In this document: piece by piece, positions 19,032 through 26,773 of the stretch | Position numbering within the stretch: the first letter of the stretch is position 1 | How the letters are laid out: every line of letters starts with the position of its first letter | Assembly (NCBI GenBank): GCA_964575025.1 | Contig: CAZNPV010000008.1 | Location: 11,727 to 75,726, forward strand | Source of the DNA: an uncultured Mariniphaga sp. | GTDB taxonomy: Bacteria; Bacteroidota; Bacteroidia; Bacteroidales; Prolixibacteraceae | Direction: 5' to 3' | DNA length: 64,000 bases | Notes under the pieces: generated by a model | The model's database searches: none | What the model saw: the letters and a program-made list of their open reading frames with translations, nothing else | What the model was told of the DNA's origin: nothing | Made by a program: the position numbers and the translations under genes

Positions 19032-20017
19032 TCTATGGGTTTAAACAAACGGATCATCTTTCGGTCAAAATCCAGGGCATAAATATTTCCTTTCTCATCA
19101 GCCGTTACCTCAGGAGCCTGCCCGTCTTCCTTAAACTTATCAGGAGGAGCCACAACACATTTAAATTCTCCGGATGGTTTATATATTTTTATACGTACCA
19201 GTCCTTTTTCGCTGGTAACAAAGGAACCATCGGGAAGGAAGGTAAAATGCGCGGGATTACAGCATCCACCGAAAGCTTCAATACCCACAATTTTTTTTTG
19301 CTGCCAGTACTCCCGTAATTTACCCTCAGGGGTATAATGCTCAAGGGCATGCAAACCGGTATTCGCCACCCATAAATCCCCGTATTTATTAAAGGCCAGA
19401 TCAAAATACCTGCTCGGAATGATAAATCCGTACAGGGCTTCATCTTCATGTTTTCCGTCAAACTCGCTGATCTTTTTTCCATCCAATGTAAACCGGCATA
19501 TTCTTCTTCTTCCGGCATCTGCAACAAAAAGTTCATCCTCCCATATTCCCAGCGATGTGATTACCGATTTCTCACCCAGCGTATCCCATTTGCTGATCCG
19601 TTCTCCGTTTTTGTTGTAGGAAGCAATATAATTTATAAATGCGATAAATATCCGGGTTGAATCCAGGGTTATGCATGTGGGGGTATCACCCAAGGATTGT
19701 TCAAAAACTAAAGAACCATTCTCTGTGATTACCTGTAAATACTGGTCTCCCAACACATACAAATTCCCTTTTTCATAGGCGATTCCATAGGGTTCAGAAA
19801 AGTTCAGCCGGATGTTTTTGGTTTCTTTGTATTGAATCAGTGAAGGATCCACCTGTTTATACTCATCGATATTGTAGTCAAAGGGATTTACAGGCAGCTT
19901 TTCCGGTCGGATTGAGATAAAATCAACCACCACCACAACCACTATGATTACAGCCAGGGTTATTAGAAAAAGTATGATTCCTTTATTCTTCATAATTATA
20001 ACCGCATATCGATACAA
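19028..20017 (-). CDS. N-terminally anchored NHL-repeat-like six-bladed beta-propeller protein
   Basis: 329 aa. TM helix (ILFLITLAVIIVVVVVV), then NHL-like repeats (YGIAYEKGNLYVLGD, LFVADAGRRRICRF, GDLWVANTG, GNIYALD). Contains a vicinal Cys motif GGCCNP. Alternative start at 19993. Confidence 0.65.
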   Translation of the reverse strand: MYRYAVIIMKNKGIILFLITLAVIIVVVVVVDFISIRPEKLPVNPFDYNIDEYKQVDPSLIQYKETKNIRLNFSEPYGIAYEKGNLYVLGDQYLQVITENGSLVFEQSLGDTPTCITLDSTRIFIAFINYIASYNKNGERISKWDTLGEKSVITSLGIWEDELFVADAGRRRICRFTLDGKKISEFDGKHEDEALYGFIIPSRYFDLAFNKYGDLWVANTGLHALEHYTPEGKLREYWQQKKIVGIEAFGGCCNPAHFTFLPDGSFVTSEKGLVRIKIYKPSGEFKCVVAPPDKFKEDGQAPEVTADEKGNIYALDFDRKMIRLFKPIE

Positions 20018-21423
20018 ACCATTGTTTTTGAATCACGCAACACCAGGTAACCGTCAGCGAGAGCAAACGGAGCCCAGGCATCGTGAGCATCTTCAATCAC
20101 TTTAACCTGTTCGAGTTGAATATATCGCTCTGTACTGGGACGAAGAATTGTAAGTACTGCCTGGTCATCCAGGATAAAGAACTTATTATCCGCAAAAAAA
20201 TAAGGACCTAAGCCAAAACGTTTTTCTTTACCGCTTGACCAGACAATTTTTTTTGTATCGTCAGGATGGACGCATACAAACTGGTTACGTAGCGCTCCTC
20301 CATCCTTGGGAAGAATACCAAACAGGTGATCCTGGTAATACACCGGGGTTTGCTGTTCACAGGCCAGGCCTTCCCTCGGGGCATATTCTGCCAAAACGGT
20401 TGTACGGAATACTCCGTTCTGTTCAGAAAGCTGGACAACCATGGAACCGGCGCCGTATCCTGCTGTCAGAAATATTTTACCGTTGGGCAGGCACACCGGA
20501 GACGGCGCAATCACCGAATGGTTCCATGCTGGTTCTTCCCAAAGAACGGTACCGGCATCCGGCCCCTCTGCGGCTATTCCTACAAGAGCTCCTATGGCGC
20601 TGTAAACATACATCTTTCGTCCCCCAAAGGTAAATGGAACAATCGATGAGTGCGACATTTTCCAGCCTTTCGGATTGGGAGTCTCCCAAAGAGTCTCCCC
20701 TGTTTGGCAATTTACAGCAATCATCAGTGCAGTTCCTCCGGTAGCAAGAATGGCGTTCCCCTCATCAATGAGGGGACACTGCCCTGTATACCACATGGGG
20801 ATCTCCGCATTGTATTTTTTTTCTATATCTATCCCCCAAAGAAAATTGCCTGTTTCCCTTTCCACGCACATGGTATGGCACCGGGGCCCGATGGTCACGA
20901 TATGCGCCTCGGTGACTGCCGGTATGGTTCGGGACATCCCATGATTGCGCTTCACGGCTACACGATACCACCGTCGCCATATCTCTTCGCCACTAACCAG
21001 GGAATGACACCGCAGAACATCTGCACGTAACTGTTCATCATAATCAAGCAGATAGACCAATCCTTTATAGATGGCTGCACCGGAATGACCTTCGCCCAGT
21101 TCAAGAGACCATACAATTTCCGGGCCTTCGGGACCAAATTTTTCCTTTAATCGAACCGGGGATTTTGAAATATTATCCAGATTCTCTCCGCGAAACCGGG
21201 GCCAGGTTTCATTCAGTTCTTGATATTCGTCTGTAAACCGTTCGAAACTCTCCCCTATGGCAATATTCTCCTCAACAGCAACTCCTTCCGTCCGGTTATC
21301 AGCTCCCGGAAGGCTTTTTTCAAAATTTTTCGTGGGATTTGCCCCAAGCCACCAGGCAAATACAACCACTCCCACTGCGGCTATGCCTATAACGACCCAA
21401 TTCTGAATTACCCTCACACCCAT
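19996..21423 (-). CDS. Anchored PQQ-like beta-propeller protein (paralog 3)
   Basis: 475 aa. N-terminal TM helix, then WPRFRG and PQQ-like blades. Preceded by an atypical AAGGAGG box at 21428-21434. Confidence 0.75.
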   Translation of the reverse strand: MGVRVIQNWVVIGIAAVGVVVFAWWLGANPTKNFEKSLPGADNRTEGVAVEENIAIGESFERFTDEYQELNETWPRFRGENLDNISKSPVRLKEKFGPEGPEIVWSLELGEGHSGAAIYKGLVYLLDYDEQLRADVLRCHSLVSGEEIWRRWYRVAVKRNHGMSRTIPAVTEAHIVTIGPRCHTMCVERETGNFLWGIDIEKKYNAEIPMWYTGQCPLIDEGNAILATGGTALMIAVNCQTGETLWETPNPKGWKMSHSSIVPFTFGGRKMYVYSAIGALVGIAAEGPDAGTVLWEEPAWNHSVIAPSPVCLPNGKIFLTAGYGAGSMVVQLSEQNGVFRTTVLAEYAPREGLACEQQTPVYYQDHLFGILPKDGGALRNQFVCVHPDDTKKIVWSSGKEKRFGLGPYFFADNKFFILDDQAVLTILRPSTERYIQLEQVKVIEDAHDAWAPFALADGYLVLRDSKTMVCIDMRL

Positions 21424-21644
21424 GAATCCTCCTTATCCTTAAAACCACCCCTGAGATCGGGGACCAAAGTCCTCTTCAGTATTTACCGGGTACAATATAC
21501 TTTTTTAAATTAAAACTCCGGACCTTCTATGCCTGACAGAAATGAACCCGGCTTTTTTACAGGATATCGTATTCCTTTACAATTCAGATGATAAAAATAA
21601 GGATTTTTATCTTTGCTTTGTTAACACGATCTGAACGGTTCAAT

Positions 21645-22892
21645 TTATAATGCTTTTACATTATACACCATTAATACTTCGCCGTGTCTCAAATACAGTT
21701 TACCCCCGGCTATATACGGATGGGCCCAGTGCGGGCCGCTTCCTTTGGTGATCCTGAACTGGCTAACCACCTCAAACCCATCGGGATCGGGTTTTATGAG
21801 TCCTACATTTCCGCGTTCGTTGTATGCATATAACATTTCGTCAGCCATCACAACCGATCCTTTTGAATCCCAGTCTGCAACAAATTTTATATCTCCGGTA
21901 TCCCAGTTCATGCAGACCCAACGGCCCTGGCTGTTGCTGTACCAGTTTGAACCATAGATGTGCCCGTTATAAAGCACCAACCCACCGTGGTGGTTATCCA
22001 GGGTATGGTCAACATATTTTTCTGAAACCGACAATCCCAGAGAATCCATCTTCAACATCACTGCATCGTAATTATATCCCATGGAAATAAAAATCTCATC
22101 ATCCTTAAAAAGGGGTGTATTGATCCATATTAATCCGTTATCCTGAAACCGCCATTTTTCGGGATCAAAATAGGTATAATGCCAGGCAATGTCCCCTGTT
22201 TCAGGGAAAAGAGCTATAATATCGATACCGGTAACTGCCAGGATATACCTGTAATTATTATAGCGATAAATGGTTGGAGAAACATACCCCCTGGCTCCTC
22301 CCAGCGATTTGCTCTGCCAAACCGGTTCACCTGAAAATTTATTAAAGGCAACAACACTTGTTTTATCCCCTCCGGGGGTACAGATCACCATGTCATCCAC
22401 AATCAATGGCGTTTCGGAATTTCCCCACATGTGGTATTCACATTCATAGTCTTTATCCACCTCCACAGCCCAGATTTCCTTCCCTGTTTCCTTGTTAAAG
22501 CATACGAGTCTTCCGGTACCACTTTGCACATACAAACGGGTTCCCTCAAGGGTCGGTGAACTTCTTGTATCCGGGTAGGACTGCGTCCATGAACGCCCGT
22601 AAGGAACCTGCCATTCAATCTCCCCATCAGAACTTAATTTTGTAAGATAATCGAGGGTGTCGATCATACCGGTAACATAAATGGCATCACCGGTAGCTAT
22701 CGGCGAGGACCATCCCCTGCCGAGATCGTTTGCTTCAAACAAAAGTTCAGGGCCTTCCTCAGGCCACTCCTTTAACAGCCCCGTATCGGGGAAATGGCCG
22801 TCCCGGTCAGGCCCCCGCCACTGAGTAACCTGGGCTGAAAGAGAAATTGAAATGAAAAAGAAAAAACATAAAATAACATTTGCTCGTCTCAT
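21645..22892 (-). CDS. Secreted PQQ-like beta-propeller protein (paralog 4)
   Basis: 415 aa. Signal peptide, then QWRGPDRDG and PQQ-like blades. Confidence 0.75.
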   Translation of the reverse strand: MRRANVILCFFFFISISLSAQVTQWRGPDRDGHFPDTGLLKEWPEEGPELLFEANDLGRGWSSPIATGDAIYVTGMIDTLDYLTKLSSDGEIEWQVPYGRSWTQSYPDTRSSPTLEGTRLYVQSGTGRLVCFNKETGKEIWAVEVDKDYECEYHMWGNSETPLIVDDMVICTPGGDKTSVVAFNKFSGEPVWQSKSLGGARGYVSPTIYRYNNYRYILAVTGIDIIALFPETGDIAWHYTYFDPEKWRFQDNGLIWINTPLFKDDEIFISMGYNYDAVMLKMDSLGLSVSEKYVDHTLDNHHGGLVLYNGHIYGSNWYSNSQGRWVCMNWDTGDIKFVADWDSKGSVVMADEMLYAYNERGNVGLIKPDPDGFEVVSQFRITKGSGPHWAHPYIAGGKLYLRHGEVLMVYNVKAL

Positions 22893-23181
22893 CTGTATAT
22901 AATTTTTAAATACCCAATTTTCCCGGTAAAAATAATAGTCTTATTTTATTAACAGGGATGATGAATCCAATTATTTTCCAATTTATTATTTTCCAGCCAT
23001 TTAAATACAGCCTTGTATTGGCACATAGAATGAGTGACAAAAAAAATCAGAGATTTTATTCTCTATTCATTTCAATTGTTATATTTAAGTGGTAAAGGAC
23101 CAATAAACGAACAGAAGTAAAATTTACACACAGCGTAATGTTTTAGGGCGCATACCTTAAAGAATAAACAATTTTATTAAG

Positions 23182-23847
23182 ATGACACAAAATCCAGGAA
23201 CTAAAAAACAGGCTCCGGAACCAACCATCCGGAGGCTTCCCGTTTATTTGCATTATCTGACAAAAACAAGGGAAGAAGGGGTTATGAATATTTCTGCACC
23301 TGCGATAGCCAGGGAACTGAACGTTGACTCCACACAGGTTGTTAAAGACCTGGCGTACACCGGAATTAAGGGGCGCCCCAAAATTGGGTATAACATTTAT
23401 GAACTCATCCATTTTATTGAAGAATACCTGGGATTTAATAAAATAAACAAAGCCTTTCTTGTAGGAGCCGGAAACCTGGGCTCTGCACTTATGGCATACC
23501 AGGCAGGGCAAACGCTGGGGTTAAAGATCCTTGCGGCTTTTGATGTATCACCGGATAAAATCGGAACAAAAATAGGGCAGGTAAATATACTGGATATGAG
23601 CAACTTCGTTGAAATGGTGAAACGACTGGGTGTAACGATTGGCATTCTTACCACCCCTGAAGATGTAACTCAGGATGTTGCCGATACAATGATTGAAGCC
23701 GGGATTAAAGCAATATGGAACCTCACGCCTGCCTATTTGAAACTTCCTGATAACATTGTGGTTCAAAATACTTCCATGTATTCGAATGTGGCTGTTCTCT
23801 TGAAAAAACTGGAAAATTCAGAAAATATGCTTACGGTCCCGTTATAA
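23182..23847 (+). CDS. rex: Redox-sensing transcriptional repressor Rex
   Basis: 221 aa. N-terminal winged helix (TIRRLPVYLHYL) and a Rossmann fold with GAGNLGSAL, matching the typical Rex layout. Confidence 0.9.
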   Translation: MTQNPGTKKQAPEPTIRRLPVYLHYLTKTREEGVMNISAPAIARELNVDSTQVVKDLAYTGIKGRPKIGYNIYELIHFIEEYLGFNKINKAFLVGAGNLGSALMAYQAGQTLGLKILAAFDVSPDKIGTKIGQVNILDMSNFVEMVKRLGVTIGILTTPEDVTQDVADTMIEAGIKAIWNLTPAYLKLPDNIVVQNTSMYSNVAVLLKKLENSENMLTVPL

Positions 23848-23866
23848 TACATTAATGAATAAAGAA

Positions 23867-23908
23867 TCGAGTTTCGAGTTTCGAGGTTCGAGTTTCGAGG
23901 TTCGAGTT
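23867..23908. repeat. Six tandem heptamers TCGAG(T/G)T
   Basis: Read directly from the sequence. Followed at about 23918-23929 by AACCTCAACCTC, which is partly complementary to the array. Lies between convergent gene ends. Confidence 0.9.
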
Positions 23909-23944
23909 TATCGGAAAACCTCAACCTCAGGTTCATTCTGAATA

Positions 23945-24835
23945 TCAGAAATGGGTCTGGTCGTATTTTTCAATTTTACGGATTATTATCGGTTCCGCGT
24001 TCTCATACATTTCACGGATAAACGGATCATTAAATTCCATGGTCCGGTTTTCGAAAGGCATATCTTTCATTCGGTCGAACAACATTTCTTTGGCTGTGCG
24101 GATATCTTTTCCATAGATATGATATGAATCAGCCTGCCAGTTTAGCCTGGCTAATTTTACAGTTTTTCCGGTTTTTTTTGCAATACCGGCAGCAATCACC
24201 TCTTTATTGAATTGTGTAAATCCGAACATATTCATAAAGCTGGCTCCCCATGCATCGTTGCTCCTGAACCGGACATTGCAGTTCAGCCAGTATACCCCTT
24301 CTTCATCTTCCAGGATTCGATACCACAATGACTGAAGACAGGGAGGATCGTAACAAACGTTATCCAATTCAGGCATCCAGGTAATCATCTGTGCCTGTCT
24401 TGTAAAAGGTTGGTCCGACAGTTTCTGGATTACTGCAGCTATCTGGTCTATCTTGAAATGACCGGCTTCAATCTGTTTGCCCTCGTGTTTTTCCTTCCAT
24501 ATTCCATAGTTTTTCAACCTTCCGTGGTAGGTATATTCCCATCGGGTATCGTTGCTGTCGTTCATGTTTTTTACCCAATGGTCTTTATACCCCTTTAATT
24601 CAAGCACGTACTCCTTCAGATCATCGACACCTCCCGGAAAGGCCATGTGGATCATTGGATCCGAATCCGGTTCTTCGATCGTTATATTCATGGTACAATC
24701 AATGCTCAACGGATCACCGGGTTTATCGTACTGGGTCCTGAAACGGGTTCCCTGGGTATACAGGGCAGTTAAGGCTGCTTCATAGGCCATTGCAAGCGAT
24801 TTTCCTGAAACAGTTAAAACGGGAATACTTCTCAT
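23945..24835 (-). CDS. Divergent thymidylate synthase (ThyA) superfamily protein
   Basis: 296 aa. PPCLQ (catalytic Cys context), RFRSNDAWGASFMN (R-S-x-D and Asn equivalents of ThyA YQRSCD...PFN). The N-terminal DRTGTG-type motif is absent. Confidence 0.6.
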   Translation of the reverse strand: MRSIPVLTVSGKSLAMAYEAALTALYTQGTRFRTQYDKPGDPLSIDCTMNITIEEPDSDPMIHMAFPGGVDDLKEYVLELKGYKDHWVKNMNDSNDTRWEYTYHGRLKNYGIWKEKHEGKQIEAGHFKIDQIAAVIQKLSDQPFTRQAQMITWMPELDNVCYDPPCLQSLWYRILEDEEGVYWLNCNVRFRSNDAWGASFMNMFGFTQFNKEVIAAGIAKKTGKTVKLARLNWQADSYHIYGKDIRTAKEMLFDRMKDMPFENRTMEFNDPFIREMYENAEPIIIRKIEKYDQTHF

Positions 24836-25253
24836 AAATCAGTTTTTTAAGCCTAAAGATACATGTTCAGTAAGAATTATTATACCGTTTTTATATTCGG
24901 CTCAAAGGTATTTATCAACGGTTGTTGAAAACCCTTCCATCCTTTTCCAACAAAAAAATGATTTTGGTCAAACTGAGTTAACACAGCGCATGCTGTCAAA
25001 TTGGTCGTTTCATAGAAAAAAATTTTTTAACTGGATGGTGAAAAATATTCGTTCCCCAGGCTTATATAAAACAACGTTTGGTTCCTTATGAAAACGGGGA
25101 ACCCAAACATTCGGTCTATCCATTTACCGGGTTATTGAAAAAAAACCGCTCGAAGTCCTGATGAATCTGTCCCTTTTTACCGACGACGGCAAGATACCTG
25201 AAATCCCGCCCACGGAGTATACTCCCGGCAGCAAACAGGAAATAAATACAATA

Positions 25254-25280
25254 GGGAAAATACTAATTTCCCTTTTTTTT
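25254..25280 (+). terminator. Orphan intrinsic-terminator-like hairpin (GGGAAA/TTTCCC + T8)
   Basis: Stem at 25254-25259 and 25267-25272, T-run at 25273-25280. There is no annotated + strand gene upstream of it. Confidence 0.4.
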
Positions 25281-25312
25281 GTTATTTTTAGACTAATCTA
25301 AAAATAAATATC

Positions 25313-26185
25313 ATGAAACGGATTCTACTCTGCGTTGTTGTCTTTTTATGCTCTTTCCAGCTTTTTTCTCAGGACAATCAAATCAATGTAATTGTCATTG
25401 GCGCGCACCCGGATGATTGTGATGGGGATGCCGGTGGAACGGCTATCAAATATTCCCAGATGGGACATAATGTACTGTTTGTATCCCTCACCAACGGGGA
25501 TGCAGGGCATTTTGAAAAAGGCGGAGGGGCCCTGGCAAAAATCCGCAGAGCGGAAGCTCAGGAAGCAGGCAGAAGGTTTGGAGTGAAATATATCGTTTTG
25601 GATAATCACGACGGAGAGCTAATGCCTGATCTGTCTGTCCGGATGGAGGTAATCCGTCTCATCCGACAATGGAAAGCAGATGTAGTCATCGGCCCGCGGA
25701 CCAACGATTACCATCCGGACCACCGCAATACTGCCATTCTCATTCAGGATGCTGCCTACATGGTGATTGTTCCGAATGTAGCACCCGACACGCCTCCCTT
25801 AAAAAGAAACCCTGTATTTTTATACACCCAGGACTCTTTTCAGAAACCCATTCCGTTCCGGCATGATATAACCGTGGACATATCCGATGTTTTTGATCAG
25901 AAGATCTACGGAATGGCCGCTCATGAATCCCAGTTCTTCGAATGGCTGCCCTGGACATCAGGCCGTCTGGATCAGGTTCCTGAAAGCGATGAAGAGCGAC
26001 TGGAATGGCTGGCCAATCTGAGAAAACCGGAAATCTCTTCAGCGATGCGCACATCCTTAACCAAATGGTACGGTGCAGAAAAAGCAAACCAGGCCAAATA
26101 TGCCGAATCATTTGAAATTTGCGAATACGGAAATCAACCTTCGGATGAAGAGATCAAACGGCTGTTTCCTATGCTCGGAAAATAA
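25313..26185 (+). CDS. Secreted PIG-L/LmbE family deacetylase
   Basis: 290 aa. Signal peptide plus the LmbE hallmark VIGAHPDDCDGDAGGT. Confidence 0.8.
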   Translation: MKRILLCVVVFLCSFQLFSQDNQINVIVIGAHPDDCDGDAGGTAIKYSQMGHNVLFVSLTNGDAGHFEKGGGALAKIRRAEAQEAGRRFGVKYIVLDNHDGELMPDLSVRMEVIRLIRQWKADVVIGPRTNDYHPDHRNTAILIQDAAYMVIVPNVAPDTPPLKRNPVFLYTQDSFQKPIPFRHDITVDISDVFDQKIYGMAAHESQFFEWLPWTSGRLDQVPESDEERLEWLANLRKPEISSAMRTSLTKWYGAEKANQAKYAESFEICEYGNQPSDEEIKRLFPMLGK

Positions 26186-26187
26186 AA

Positions 26188-26487
26188 TCACAATTTTTCA
26201 ACCCTGAGTATATCAATACCGGCCATATTCCCCTCATTTACCCGGGCATCCTTTCCCAGGATAACCAGTTTTAAGATATGGCTGCCTTTTAACAGGTTAA
26301 AAGTACCCAGATCCACTTCTTCTGTGAAAACTCCCTCCGGAGTATATCCATTGAAACGCTCCATAACAACAGTTCCGTCCATTACAGCCTGTATGATTCC
26401 GTAATCCACCGCTTTCGTCAGTTCTGCATGTATCCTGTATTTCCCCGGGAATCTATGCTTCTTATAAAAAATATGGCGTACTGGCAT
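26188..26487 (-). CDS. Hypothetical protein (99 aa), possibly a domain remnant
   Basis: ORF only. No signal peptide and no motif I recognise. Confidence 0.3.
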   Translation of the reverse strand: MPVRHIFYKKHRFPGKYRIHAELTKAVDYGIIQAVMDGTVVMERFNGYTPEGVFTEEVDLGTFNLLKGSHILKLVILGKDARVNEGNMAGIDILRVEKL

Positions 26488-26773
26488 ATTGAAATCAAAA
26501 TCAGCAATTCGGATTAGCTTTTAATCACCTTCGTACACTTCAATACAATATTTCTTACATTGCTACTACATATCGATGCATTTTCAAAAAAAATTTATAA
26601 CCAATAAGAAAAAAGTGTAACGGAAGAGATCTTTTGGAGTCTTCTATTATAAAGTGTACCATACAGGATTCAGACAATTAAACAGAAAACAGAAAGGATT
26701 TTAAATCATTAAACGGATCCTTCCAATATCCTTTAAAGAGTAAAATCCTTAAAACAACGGAAACCAGTATTCT

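Noticed and set aside
7837-22892. Multihaem cytochrome-based extracellular electron transfer
   Set aside because: I found no CxxCH motif in any protein of the cluster, so a cytochrome conduit is not supported.
25161-25301. 46-codon ORF (MNLSLFTDDGKIPEIPPTEY...) in the long spacer
   Set aside because: Its hydrophobic C-terminus is simply the translation of the terminator stem and T-run. It has no RBS or promoter support.
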